IMG/VR virus record: IMGVR_UViG_3300043777_000073
Coordinates: 1-62,033 of that record
DNA length: 62,033 nt
Strand: one strand, 5' to 3'
Source of the DNA: a virus
Taxonomy: Duplodnaviria; Caudoviricetes
Shown here: positions 1 to 8,954 of the stretch, piece by piece
Layout: the number at the start of each line of letters is the position of its first letter
Numbering within the stretch: position 1 is the stretch's first letter
Translations under genes and position numbers: made by a program
Notes under the pieces: model-generated
What the model saw: only the letters and a program-made list of their open reading frames with translations
Database searches by the model: none
Told to the model about the DNA's origin: nothing

Positions 1-126
1 GGCGCCGCTCGCGCCGTGGGCGCCGCTCGCGCCGTGGGCGCCGCTCGCGCCGTGGGCGCCGCTCGCGCCGTGGGCGCCGCTCGCGCCGTGGGCGCCGCTC
101 GCGCCGTGGGCGCCGCTCGCGCCGTG
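1..126. repeat. 18-bp tandem repeat GGCGCCGCTCGCGCCGTG x7, truncated by the window edge
   Basis: Seven perfect copies; they encode (HGASGA)n in the methyltransferase frame. Confidence 0.95.
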
Positions 127-2055
127 GAGTTGGCCCGGTGCATCTCGATCGCGGCCAGTCAGTTCACTCCCGTCCACAAGGTCGAAACCATCAAGCCCGA
201 AGTCTCGTTCCCCGCGCGACGGCTTCGCGCAGAAGAAGAAGCGTGCAGCGCCTCCGACATCGCTGCGCGCAGTACCTGGCGAGTCGATGCCACCGAACAT
301 GCCGCCGCCATAATCTGCCCGATGCTCGCCGCCGCCGCTCATACCAGGACGGTCGCCAGATTGTTCGTTTAGGAGCTTGACAGGACAGCTTTCCACGCAA
401 GAGTAGACTTCGCCGACTTCGCCGCGCTTCGTCTGCGCGAGGCTGCCGCGCGTAAAGCCAATCGACTTGACCGGCTGATCGGGTGTGGCGCCTAGAATGG
501 GCCGCACACCGACAACCTCTCCAGTCTTGCGGCATCCGTCCGCATGGCTCAGTGCGATGTGAGCCGGCCAGCGGCCATTCGCCTGCGATTCGAGATACTC
601 CGGCAGCGAGCCAGCCGCGCGCTCGGTATGCAGACCAAAGTCGCCGATGCCGGCCCCGTGACTTGGGTGGCCCAGTCTTTGCGCCACCGCCGCCGCCGCC
701 GCCGCCGCCTTATCCTCTTCGCTGACGTAACCGATCCGGCACGCATCGATGTTGAGCGCGCCAGTTCCATGGCGCAAGACGTTCGCCGCTAGCGTCGGCT
801 CAGAGAGCGGCGCGCGCGCTAGCCACCAGTCCTCGCAGGCCGGCTTGAGCGCAGAGCCCCAGCCGTCCCAGGCCGCCGAGGCCGCCGAGGCCGCCGAGGT
901 AATGGCGTGCCCCGGTTCGCGCATGTCAAGTCCGTAAACATCCGTTTGCACACCGTTCGGACGTCTCGCGGCATATTGGCCTTGCCCGAGCACCGGCCGC
1001 TCATTCGCTTCCGCCAGTGCTTGATATTCACTTGCGAGCGTACCGACCGTGAATGAGATTAGGCTTGCCGCCATGAACTCCGTAGTAGTGGCACTCGTGG
1101 CAGAGGCATTGTCCGTTTCGTGTGTCATGCCTGAGTTCTGGATGTGTTCGGATCGGCTTGATGTGATGAGCTTCCAGTCTTCGAGTAGAGCCGCATATAG
1201 CGCATCGCTTGCCGCCGCCATCGATGACGGCTCGCTTCCAAGCCAGATCTTCAGGGCTGCGGCGCCCCTGAGTCTGTCCGGCGTGACGCCGCTTGGCAAG
1301 TCCAGAGCATCGTTGGGAGCAGTAGAAGTGTCCGTGCGGTCTGCCGCTGTGATTGTCGATGAGCCAACTTTTATATTTTTGACTGATTCTTCCGCATCCG
1401 TCGCATCTGCGCTCCACCATGTGGAAGGCTCGCTTGCATCCGGTGGAGCAGAACATTGCTCCGCTTCGCACGTGTGATGGGCTTCGGTTACCAACGGTCC
1501 CGCACTGGACGCATCGCACGGCAACTTTTCTGGATTGATTCGCTGCGCTGCACGCTCGCGAGCAGAACGGGCCGCGTCTAGCTGGTCCGCCGCAACGCCG
1601 GCACGCGCCGCGTATTCGCCAAACGCGCGGCAGAGCGCCGGTTGATCTACCTCGCGAACCCGCTGCTGCAACCGCACCCACTTGTCCCGCTCCTGTTTAT
1701 CTATATGCTTTGATATGTTAGCGCTTTTCGGAAACCCGCTCGCAAAAAAATGCGCCACTCGATCACGCACATCCCATCCCGCATTCTCGATGGCCATTGC
1801 GGTCCAGTGCGACGTCCTAGGCAGCGCCCACACGAGCGCGTGCGCGCCAGGCTTTGCGACGCGTCGCAACTCCACGAACACTTCGGCTAGCCACGCGATC
1901 CACTGATCGCGTCCGCCTTTATCCTTGTCCCATTCGGCATTCATGAAGGCGATGCCGCTCGGCGGATCGGTCACGATGGCGTCCACGCTCGCGGTGTCCA
2001 TCGTTCGCAGGACTTCGAGCGCGTCGCCGTGGTGGAGAGTCCAGCGAGCGGTCAT
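1..2055 (-). CDS. DNA methyltransferase (N4/N6 beta-class, phage type), 3' end runs off the window
   Basis: Not in the ORF track because it has no stop in the window. I read the frame by hand from ATG 2055 to base 1 and found no stop. It reads MTARWTLHHGDALEVLRTMDTASVDAIVTDPPSGIAFM...LRRVAKPGAH...SGFPKS...WDGWGSALKPACE...GTGALNIDACRI...GRWPAH...GGAARFFFCAKPSRGERD, blocks typical of this family. Motif IV is DPPS. Confidence 0.9.
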   Translation of the reverse strand, partial: MTARWTLHHGDALEVLRTMDTASVDAIVTDPPSGIAFMNAEWDKDKGGRDQWIAWLAEVFVELRRVAKPGAHALVWALPRTSHWTAMAIENAGWDVRDRVAHFFASGFPKSANISKHIDKQERDKWVRLQQRVREVDQPALCRAFGEYAARAGVAADQLDAARSARERAAQRINPEKLPCDASSAGPLVTEAHHTCEAEQCSAPPDASEPSTWWSADATDAEESVKNIKVGSSTITAADRTDTSTAPNDALDLPSGVTPDRLRGAAALKIWLGSEPSSMAAASDALYAALLEDWKLITSSRSEHIQNSGMTHETDNASATSATTTEFMAASLISFTVGTLASEYQALAEANERPVLGQGQYAARRPNGVQTDVYGLDMREPGHAITSAASAASAAWDGWGSALKPACEDWWLARAPLSEPTLAANVLRHGTGALNIDACRIGYVSEEDKAAAAAAAVAQRLGHPSHGAGIGDFGLHTERAAGSLPEYLESQANGRWPAHIALSHADGCRKTGEVVGVRPILGATPDQPVKSIGFTRGSLAQTKRGEVGEVYSCVESCPVKLLNEQSGDRPGMSGGGEHRADYGGGMFGGIDSPGTARSDVGGAARFFFCAKPSRGERDFGLDGFDLVDGSELTGRDRDAPGQLHGASGAHGASGAHGASGAHGASGAHGASGAHGASGAHGASGA
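1028..1681 (-). CDS. HNH endonuclease with N-terminal CxxC...FCSxxC zinc-finger repeats, nested in an alternative frame inside the methyltransferase gene
   Basis: CAICGSTRRLEAHHIKP...NGQCLCHECH HNH core and three FCS/YCS repeats. AGGAG lies 8 nt upstream of the GTG. Confidence 0.88.
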   Translation of the reverse strand: MGAVAAAGSRGRSTGALPRVWRIRGACRRCGGPARRGPFCSRACSAANQSRKVAVRCVQCGTVGNRSPSHVRSGAMFCSTGCKRAFHMVERRCDGCGRISQKYKSWLIDNHSGRPHGHFYCSQRCSGLAKRRHAGQTQGRRSPEDLAWKRAVIDGGGKRCAICGSTRRLEAHHIKPIRTHPELRHDTRNGQCLCHECHYYGVHGGKPNLIHGRYARK

Positions 2056-2444
2056 CCTTCGAAGTCCTCCGAGGGCTTGCCTGCGAGGAAGTGGTCCAGT
2101 GCGCGCTCGGCTTCGGTCGCCGCAGGCTCCGGGTGCGCTGCGGCCTCGCCGTCGAGCCCCATGCCGCCGCGCAGCAGGAGCAGCGCCCAGCCGCGACGGT
2201 GCTCGGCGCAGAGCGTCGACATGAGGGTGTCGAGGCGCTCGAGCGGGTCCAGCACCGGACGCATGGTCTGCTGGCAGAGCGCCACCATGCAAGCGGTCGC
2301 AATGGCCGGCTCGACCTCGCCTCGGCGCGCGAGCGCCGAGCAGTCGCAGATGACGCAGCGGCAGGTCACGGCGACACCTGGAGCGGGGGCGGCCCGAAAC
2401 GCTTGGGCAAGCGCACCACGCGAAGAGCCATCGTTGACCGGCAA
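2052..2444 (-). CDS. hypothetical protein (start uncertain)
   Basis: ORF whose stop overlaps the methyltransferase start (ATGA). Confidence 0.45.
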   Translation of the reverse strand: MPVNDGSSRGALAQAFRAAPAPGVAVTCRCVICDCSALARRGEVEPAIATACMVALCQQTMRPVLDPLERLDTLMSTLCAEHRRGWALLLLRGGMGLDGEAAAHPEPAATEAERALDHFLAGKPSEDFEG

Positions 2445-2556
2445 ACGCAGTTGCGAAGCTCGAGCCAGTTGAACGGGCCGTCTTGGTGCCAGCCGACGAA
2501 GCGAAGCGCGCGGTACTCGGCGACGGTGTACCGGCGGGAGCAGGAGCAGGGAACGC

Positions 2557-3024
2557 TCACGACGTGTGCTCCTTCACGAATCGACGGATGTGCTCGGCGA
2601 CCTCGTGCGCGGAGGCTTTCGCGAGCGGCCGGCCGGTATCCGCACAGGCCGTGCATTCTGACCCGTCCTCGTTGTAGTGGTCGCCGCGGCAGTCCGGGTC
2701 GTCTTGATCGCACGGCGTGAACAGGTACTCGGTTGCACCCTCCGAGAGGTCAAAGAGAAGCTCGGACGCGCGCACGTATGCGGCGTGGTACCTGAGGTCG
2801 GAGCCGATAGGGGCGGGCACGAAGGCGTTACTGATCGAGCGAATCTCGACGCCGCACTCCTTGCCCCAGAGCGCGGTCGCGTGCCCGAGCGCGCAGGCCG
2901 GCGCGCCGCATTCGGCGAGCGGTCTGCCGTCCCAGCTTGCGGCCACCCACGAGCGGAAGTTGAACCGCTTGGGCGGCAGCGTGTCCAGATGGTCGGCGAG
3001 GGCCAACAGGCGGGCGGCGTTCAT
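2557..3024 (-). CDS. hypothetical phage protein
   Basis: MNAARLLALADHLDTLPPKRFNFRSW...CGAPACALGHA; start overlaps the upstream stop. Confidence 0.65.
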   Translation of the reverse strand: MNAARLLALADHLDTLPPKRFNFRSWVAASWDGRPLAECGAPACALGHATALWGKECGVEIRSISNAFVPAPIGSDLRYHAAYVRASELLFDLSEGATEYLFTPCDQDDPDCRGDHYNEDGSECTACADTGRPLAKASAHEVAEHIRRFVKEHTS

Positions 3025-3236
3025 GGCGACACCGCTCCCGTCTGCACGAGCCCAGCGACCTCGCGTCCGGCGTCCGTCAACCCGAGCCGCGCCCAGCCGT
3101 GGCCGATGGGCTCGTGATACATGAGACCAAGCCGGATGAGAATCGTCGGCGTCTCGCCCAGGTGCTCGTCCGCGGGCCGCTCGATGGGCCACGGGCAGCG
3201 AAGGTAGGAGATCGCGCGAGGCGTCAGGCGAATCAT
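3021..3236 (-). CDS. hypothetical protein
   Basis: ATGA-coupled small ORF in the leftward operon. Confidence 0.5.
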   Translation of the reverse strand: MIRLTPRAISYLRCPWPIERPADEHLGETPTILIRLGLMYHEPIGHGWARLGLTDAGREVAGLVQTGAVSP

Positions 3237-3532
3237 GACTGCACCCAGAACGGTACGGGCGGCAACGCCTCGAAGTGCCAGCGGTACCAGCAGACTTCCG
3301 AGGCGCCCTGCTCGTCGATGGCCACGCATCCGTCGCAGATGGGGCCAGGCGAGTGGACGGCAGGCCGGTCAACGCGCGCGGCTTCGGCGACGGTGAGCTG
3401 CATGTCGCAGTAGCCGCAGCGCACGGCGCCGTCGCCGCCGCACTTGTAGCAGACGGCCGCGCTCCCGTGGTCGTCGTAGATGAAGCACTCAGCGTCGCAT
3501 TCGGGGCATCGGGCAATATCGGTCGGGTGCAT
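3233..3532 (-). CDS. Cys-rich putative zinc-binding protein
   Basis: Four CxxC pairs; AGGAGG upstream. Confidence 0.6.
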   Translation of the reverse strand: MHPTDIARCPECDAECFIYDDHGSAAVCYKCGGDGAVRCGYCDMQLTVAEAARVDRPAVHSPGPICDGCVAIDEQGASEVCWYRWHFEALPPVPFWVQS

Positions 3533-3886
3533 GGTCGTGGCCCTCCTACAGGCTTCTAGGCGAGAATGTGTTTGCCGTGCTGGCGAGCCAGCGAGCGGGC
3601 GAGTTGTCCTTCGAGGTCGGCCGACGTGTCCGGGCGCGCAGCGCGGGCGAGGTCGCAGGCTTCGAGCCAGGTTGGGGCCATGCCGAGTTTGAGGAATCGG
3701 CGGGCCATGCGGCGCTGAATCGCGGTGAGGGTCACGACAACCTCGCAGCCGGCCGAACCGTGGCCGTCATGGTCGAGTACATGATCCAGCGGGCCGCGGT
3801 GTCGATGGTCTGCGAGACCTCGAAGGCGCGGAACTGGGCGACGGACACGGGCGCGACGGGAGCGGCGGGCGGAAGGATTGTTGCGT

Positions 3887-4087
3887 TCACGACTGCGCCG
3901 TCTTCCAGCCCGAGATGGGGCACCAGTACATGAGGGCGCGGCCCTCGTAGCAGATGACCGCGGAGAAGCCGCGGCGCCGCACCGCGTCCTTCGCGGCCGC
4001 TAGGCTGGTGCAGTCTTCGTCCGCCGAGCAGACGTAGAGTGACTTGACCGTCCAGAGAGCCGAGCTGTTTTGCGTTGCGTTGTTCAT
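3887..4087 (-). CDS. hypothetical protein, probably leaderless
   Basis: ATG 6 nt downstream of a -10-like box (MNNATQNSSALW...). Confidence 0.5.
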   Translation of the reverse strand: MNNATQNSSALWTVKSLYVCSADEDCTSLAAAKDAVRRRGFSAVICYEGRALMYWCPISGWKTAQS

Positions 4088-4093
4088 GGGAGT

Positions 4094-4122
4094 AGTATGC
4101 ATCCTAGCATTGCATGGCGCAA
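4094..4122 (-). promoter_or_regulatory. putative sigma70-type promoter TTGCGC-17-CATACT containing the CATGCAATGCTA motif
   Basis: 17-nt spacer in an AT-richer intergenic region. Confidence 0.45.
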
Positions 4123-4148
4123 GACAATAAACGCATGCCCATGTCGAT

Positions 4149-4367
4149 TTATCTTTCGGCCACTTTGACGTGTGGGACCTTGTAGCCGAGTCGTTCCGCG
4201 TAGGTCGAAAGCGCCTGGTAGTGCCAGCGGGATATCTCGACCTTGCCCTCAGACCAGCGCCACACAGTCGAGGCGGACACCCCGAGCGCTTTGCCGAGTT
4301 CCGTGACCCCACCCGCGGCCTTTGCGAGCTTTAGCCATGCCCCGGACAGCTTCGTCGTGCGATTCAT
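4149..4367 (-). CDS. Cro-like helix-turn-helix regulator
   Basis: GGVTELGKALGVSASTVWRWSEG HTH; ATG 4367 is coupled to the upstream stop. Confidence 0.8.
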   Translation of the reverse strand: MNRTTKLSGAWLKLAKAAGGVTELGKALGVSASTVWRWSEGKVEISRWHYQALSTYAERLGYKVPHVKVAER

Positions 4368-5476
4368 CGGATGGGCTCCTGGGTCATTTCGCCGTAGGCT
4401 TTGGGGAAGTCTCGCACGCACAAGTCCGCGGGCCACTCGGCCATGTTGCCGCCGTGGCCGTCGCGGAGCGGCATGATGACACCGCGCTCGCGGTCGCCTT
4501 GCGTCGGCCGGAAATCCTCGCCGCCAGCGCCAAGGGCGCAAGCGTAATCCTCGAATACGTCGTCGTCGCGCGCGTCATCGGTAAACACCGGCTGTCGGCC
4601 AAGTTGCTTGACGAATACACGCGCCGTTGCGGCGGCGGGATCCCGAGCCGCATCGAGCAGCTTGCGCGCCCAGGATACGTGGAATGGTCTCGCGTCGTGT
4701 CCACTCTCTCCGCCTACGATGACCCAGTCGAGCCCGCGCTCCCATGTGCCGCCAGCGCGCGCGATGTCTGGGCGGGGGTGCTGGAGTCGGTGTCCGTCCG
4801 TCGTGCGGAGCGTCCACTTGAGAAACGGCAAGAAGTCGACCGGGCCGAGCGCTGGCTCATAGCTCACGAATCGAACGGCGGCTGGCGAGGCCAGCAGAGC
4901 AGGTATCCGCTCGTCGGCATACTTTTGACTCTCGACGCTGACGCCGAGCCAAACGTTCGGGAGCGGCCACGGCATCTCGAAGCGCACCTTGTCGTGCCAG
5001 GCGTCGCCGTCTTGCATCATCTGACCGGCGAGCACAGCTAGCCGCTCGTGCATCTCCGTGCGGTTCGTGGCCATGTAGCGAGCGAGCCTGTCGGCGCGCT
5101 TGGTGAGAATCTGGAACGTGTGGCCGTAGTTCCGGTCGTGCATCGCGCACACGGCCATGACGGCGAACACGCGATCGATATCATGGTCCGCGAGGCCCTC
5201 GTGGAATAGGTCGCTCATGCTATTGACGAAGATGCGCCGACCGCGACGCCAGCGGATAGGGTCTAGCAGATGCGCCGGCACGAGCGCGACCTTGCGCGTC
5301 CAGCGCGGCCCGTGTTCCGTTCGCTCCGCGAAGCCATAGTATGGCAGGCCCGGCTTGGAGAATCGCGCGGCCTGCGACTCGGCGTAGCACGACTCGCAAC
5401 CCGGCGAGACGCGCGAGCAACCGCGAATCGGATTCCAGCTCGCGTCGGTCCACTGGATCTCGGACTTGGCGCCCAT
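4364..5476 (-). CDS. phage Gp37/Gp68 family (DUF5131) protein
   Basis: IQWTDASWNPIRGCSRVSPGCESCYAE, FVNSMSDLFHE, FQILTKR, NVWLGVSVE, RFVSYEP, DWVIVGGESG, FVKQLG. Confidence 0.93.
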   Translation of the reverse strand: MGAKSEIQWTDASWNPIRGCSRVSPGCESCYAESQAARFSKPGLPYYGFAERTEHGPRWTRKVALVPAHLLDPIRWRRGRRIFVNSMSDLFHEGLADHDIDRVFAVMAVCAMHDRNYGHTFQILTKRADRLARYMATNRTEMHERLAVLAGQMMQDGDAWHDKVRFEMPWPLPNVWLGVSVESQKYADERIPALLASPAAVRFVSYEPALGPVDFLPFLKWTLRTTDGHRLQHPRPDIARAGGTWERGLDWVIVGGESGHDARPFHVSWARKLLDAARDPAAATARVFVKQLGRQPVFTDDARDDDVFEDYACALGAGGEDFRPTQGDRERGVIMPLRDGHGGNMAEWPADLCVRDFPKAYGEMTQEPIR

Positions 5477-5857
5477 CTAGGACACCGCTTCCCAGCGAAC
5501 ATCCGCCAGACGCACGACGTACGGAGCACCGTTGCCAGCCGCCGAGTAGTCGGGGAAGCACGCGACGCAGCCGGGCTCGGGCGCATAGAGCCCGTGCGTG
5601 CGACCGTTCGCTAGAAGCCGCGAGGCGACATCGAGCTGCGCGATGGTCGAGAGAAAGCCGCCAGCGCCGCTCACGGGGCCTGTCACGCTGCCTGAGCCGT
5701 CTAGGAATGTGAAGCGGACCCGTAACGCGCCCTCGCGATGACGCGGACAGGCACCTCCGCCCGTGCGCCATAGGCACCGCGCGTGCGGGCAGAAGTCCTC
5801 CGGGTGCGACTCCTTCGAGCGAGCCACGGAAGCGGCCACAGAACGGCGCGACGTCAT
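5477..5857 (-). CDS. hypothetical protein
   Basis: ORF abutting its neighbours in the leftward operon. Confidence 0.5.
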   Translation of the reverse strand: MTSRRSVAASVARSKESHPEDFCPHARCLWRTGGGACPRHREGALRVRFTFLDGSGSVTGPVSGAGGFLSTIAQLDVASRLLANGRTHGLYAPEPGCVACFPDYSAAGNGAPYVVRLADVRWEAVS

Positions 5858-6123
5858 CGGCCGGCTCCGCTCTCCTCTTCGGACTCGAAGTCGTCATCAT
5901 CCAGCGCGGGCCGATCGGGAATCTTGCCCGCGAGCATCCAGCCGCGCTCCTCTTGCCACTTCCACGGCTTCTCGAGGAAGTCGGCCGTGTTCTCGACGGT
6001 CGCGCTCTCGTCCTCGCCCTCAAGCATGCCGGTCTCGCATAGGAAGCGATACAGGCGCGCGAGTTCGGTGTGGTCGGCCCACCATGCGGTCATCTGGTCT
6101 GTCGTCGCCATCAGTCCCTCCAC
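5854..6123 (-). CDS. hypothetical acidic protein
   Basis: Coupled ORF with plausible composition. Confidence 0.55.
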   Translation of the reverse strand: MEGLMATTDQMTAWWADHTELARLYRFLCETGMLEGEDESATVENTADFLEKPWKWQEERGWMLAGKIPDRPALDDDDFESEEESGAGR

Positions 6124-6596
6124 TCGGTGTTATTCTTGAAGATGTACTCCGGGTCGTAGTCGTGATTGAGGCGATCGAAGTCGTAGAGCGACAAGCGATG
6201 CTTGTGGCCCTCGTGGTCGTCTTCGGCGATGGTGACGGTCTCGGCTCCGATGGCCACGATGGGGCCCGTGAAGATGAGGTTGTAGGTGTGGTAGACGGCG
6301 CGGTCGCCGAGTTTGAACGACTGCGCGAAGAGGCGCGAGCGCTTCGTGATCTTGCCGTCCGCGTAGTCGTGGCTCGTCTCGATGCCGTGGAGCAGGACGC
6401 TCTCGCCGGGAACAATAACGGCGTGGTGGCCTTCCGAGACGCGGCCCTCGTGCTTGTGGCCGAAGCGGACCCAGTCGCGGGACTTGATGACGTCGACCGT
6501 GATGGGTGCGGAAGCCTTGCGAGCGCGCTTGGCGCGTGCCGGCTGGGCGGTATCGTTGGCGGGCATCGTCTCGGCGGTGTTGGCTGCGCTGTTCAT
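6111..6596 (-). CDS. hypothetical protein, first gene of the leftward operon
   Basis: High GC3 coding pattern; ATG 6 nt after TATAGT. Confidence 0.7.
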   Translation of the reverse strand: MNSAANTAETMPANDTAQPARAKRARKASAPITVDVIKSRDWVRFGHKHEGRVSEGHHAVIVPGESVLLHGIETSHDYADGKITKRSRLFAQSFKLGDRAVYHTYNLIFTGPIVAIGAETVTIAEDDHEGHKHRLSLYDFDRLNHDYDPEYIFKNNTEWRD

Positions 6597-6602
6597 GAAG
6601 AT

Positions 6603-6636
6603 ACTATACGGTCAGGCGTTGCGGCATGCAATGCTA
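6603..6636 (-). promoter_or_regulatory. leftward sigma70-type promoter TTGCAT-17-TATAGT in the divergent control region
   Basis: Near-consensus boxes with a 17-nt spacer; a TTGACA at 6679-6684 faces right. Confidence 0.6.
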
Positions 6637-6734
6637 AAAGCACACCGCTCGGTCGATTTCTGGCCGCCGCTTTTCCCCTTGACATCCGGCCAGGCCAGGC
6701 GTCACCCTGACGACGCACGCTGGAGGGCGAGGCC

Positions 6735-6968
6735 ATGACCGACATCCCGCAGACCGAACCCGTCGACACCCTCGGCGACGCCCTCCCTCGTGAGATGTCG
6801 CGCGTGCGCGACCACGTGCTACCAGCGTACGTGGACATCGGCGAGGCCGGGCGGTTCGCGGCGACAATGATTCGCAACACGCTCGACGTCGCAACGAAGG
6901 CGCTGGCGGAGGGCGACGTCGTCATGATGCTGCGGGCTTACCAAGAGCTGAAAGGATTCGCCGAATGA
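6735..6968 (+). CDS. hypothetical phage protein
   Basis: GGAGG RBS; LGDALPREMSRVR...GDVVMMLRAYQELK. Confidence 0.75.
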   Translation: MTDIPQTEPVDTLGDALPREMSRVRDHVLPAYVDIGEAGRFAATMIRNTLDVATKALAEGDVVMMLRAYQELKGFAE

Positions 6969-7480
6969 CCTCCCCTCTCAACGGCGCATCCCTCTCGCCC
7001 ATCGGCGACTGGGTCATCGCGATCACGAACGGCAAGGACTTCATCGGCAAGCCGGTCTACGCCGGCCGTCCCATCCGCGCAGTGGGCGGCAGGGTCGTCG
7101 GGCAAGCAGCCGACCCGGTTCGCATCGAGCGCCTCTCGCCCGTCTTCGAGCTACAGATCAAGCTCGAGGTCATGCAGGTCATGGACGCGCGCACGCGCCA
7201 GCCAGCGCGCGACGCGCAGGGCAATCCGATCATCCAGCAGCGGACAAACTACGGAGGCGTCCCGGTCTGCCTGCTCGCTTCCGTGCGAGAGGTCGAACTG
7301 CCGGATGGCGCCATCATCATCGAGGTAGCGTCGCTGTCTCCCGAGGACAGAAAGCGGATGGCCGCGTGCGTCGCGATGGCGGAGCAGATGGCGCAGAACA
7401 TGCGCGCGGCCGACAGCAACCTCACGCTCGTGCCCGCGCTCCCGCAAGGCCTGCCGAAGCCGCCGGGGCAGCAGCCGTGA
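6965..7480 (+). CDS. hypothetical protein
   Basis: ATGA-coupled ORF. Confidence 0.7.
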   Translation: MTSPLNGASLSPIGDWVIAITNGKDFIGKPVYAGRPIRAVGGRVVGQAADPVRIERLSPVFELQIKLEVMQVMDARTRQPARDAQGNPIIQQRTNYGGVPVCLLASVREVELPDGAIIIEVASLSPEDRKRMAACVAMAEQMAQNMRAADSNLTLVPALPQGLPKPPGQQP

Positions 7481-7695
7481 CGAGCGCGCCGCATATCGCT
7501 GGCTGCAACGGCAACGGGGGTGTCGACTGTTGGGACTGCGACCACGAGGGCTCCGTCGAACGCCAGTTGAGCGATGACCCGTACGACGTCGAGATAGTCG
7601 CGTGCCATACTTGTGCCGGTACAGGATTCATTGTCTGCGGCGCGTGCGAGCCCGATGAGAGCGCGCGCCAGCAGGAAGCGGGGCAGCTGCCGTGA
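7477..7695 (+). CDS. small DnaJ-like zinc-finger protein
   Basis: CxxCxxxG repeats (CWDCDHEG, CHTCAGTG). Confidence 0.55.
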   Translation: MTSAPHIAGCNGNGGVDCWDCDHEGSVERQLSDDPYDVEIVACHTCAGTGFIVCGACEPDESARQQEAGQLP

Positions 7696-7925
7696 CCTAC
7701 GCCGAAAAAGTCGGCTTCTTTCGCAAGGCCTTCGAGAGCGTCCCGCTCGCGGAGTTCGACGGGCCCCAAGCCTTCGTCGAGTTTCGTAGCATGTCGGCCT
7801 ATGCGGTACGGATCGCGGGCCATCCGTACGATGACGAGTGGCCGCTCGCCGCACTGGAAGTCTTGTGCGAGGGCTCGCCGGCGGCGAAAGAGTATTACGG
7901 GCGGACCAAGGAGCAGATCTCGTGA
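7692..7925 (+). CDS. hypothetical protein
   Basis: GTGA-coupled ORF. Confidence 0.55.
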   Translation: MTYAEKVGFFRKAFESVPLAEFDGPQAFVEFRSMSAYAVRIAGHPYDDEWPLAALEVLCEGSPAAKEYYGRTKEQIS

Positions 7926-8161
7926 GCCGCCCACTGGTCGTCTTCAACGCGAACCTCGCGCGGCAGATTGCGCCGGATGAGGACGAGGTCGACCGCATGG
8001 TCGAGGACATCGCGAAGATCGCCCGCGACGCCGACTTCGACTTCAAAGTGACCGACGAGCCCCCGGTCGCGTTCGACACCGTCGTCACGGTGCGCGTTGC
8101 TGGGCCGGGCCGGTTCGAACGGATGCGCGAGCGCGTCGCGCGCTGGCTGGGGCTGCGATGA
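7922..8161 (+). CDS. hypothetical protein
   Basis: GTGA-coupled ORF. Confidence 0.55.
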   Translation: MSRPLVVFNANLARQIAPDEDEVDRMVEDIAKIARDADFDFKVTDEPPVAFDTVVTVRVAGPGRFERMRERVARWLGLR

Positions 8162-8613
8162 GCGGCATCTTCAATCCGCCCAAGCCCGTCGACCCTGCGG
8201 CCATCCGCCAGCGAGCCGAACGCGCGACCGCAGCCCCATGGGTCTCGCGCGGCCTGCACGGCTCTCTCATCCTGCCGGGCGCGATGGGCGAGAACGCCAT
8301 GGGCTTCGAGGCGACGCACGCCGACTTCAACTTCATTGGCCACGCTCGCGAAGACGTGCCCGAGCTGCTCGACGTCGTCGACGCGCTCGCGCGGCTTCTG
8401 CTCAACGCCGAGGGCCAGATCGGAATCCCGCCTGCGGCGCCGCGCGAAGGCGTGGACGACCACGACATCCTGCTCACGTATCGCTGCGACGAGGTCGTCG
8501 ACGCACTGGCGCTTCTGGGCCTGGACACGAAAGAGAAGAGGGACGAGGCGCGGCGCAAGCTCTCGTGGGCGGGCGGCGGGACACTCGGCAAGGTAAAGGA
8601 GCAAGGACCATGA
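8158..8613 (+). CDS. hypothetical phage protein
   Basis: AIRQRAERATAAPW...ADFNFIGHAREDVPELL, a motif common in phage early genes. Confidence 0.7.
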   Translation: MSGIFNPPKPVDPAAIRQRAERATAAPWVSRGLHGSLILPGAMGENAMGFEATHADFNFIGHAREDVPELLDVVDALARLLLNAEGQIGIPPAAPREGVDDHDILLTYRCDEVVDALALLGLDTKEKRDEARRKLSWAGGGTLGKVKEQGP

Positions 8614-8927
8614 AAAAGCTGGATCTGGGATGGCAGAAAAGCGAAACGGGCCGCGGCATGATACGAGCGCGGGAATTTGTCGACCACAACGGGACGCTCG
8701 TTCCCGTCAGCGCCTCGACTCGAACGGCGGCAAGTGTGCCGGGCTTCATCGGGACGGTCTCGATCGCGGGTGAGATGATCCACATGTCCGAGCACGGCTC
8801 GATGCGCGAGGCCACGCGAGCATGCGACTCGGCGTTCAGCCGAGCGCGGGAACTGCGGACGCTGCCTGGGCAGCGCGACGTGGAAGACGACGAGGACGAT
8901 GACGAAGCGGACGAGTCGGAAAACTGA
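8610..8927 (+). CDS. hypothetical protein
   Basis: ATGA-coupled ORF with RBS. Confidence 0.6.
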   Translation: MKKLDLGWQKSETGRGMIRAREFVDHNGTLVPVSASTRTAASVPGFIGTVSIAGEMIHMSEHGSMREATRACDSAFSRARELRTLPGQRDVEDDEDDDEADESEN

Positions 8928-8954
8928 CACGCAAACCAGTAGGAGGCTAAACCA

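Noticed and set aside
16-372. Plus-strand (GAARAV)n ORF and the many long antisense ORFs across the structural region
   Set aside because: Shadow frames of high-GC genes on the opposite strand.
1028-1700. Intein or group I intron in the methyltransferase
   Set aside because: The nuclease is out of frame with the host, no C/S...HN-C/S/T splice motifs are evident, and there is little non-coding room for a ribozyme core. Not formally excluded.
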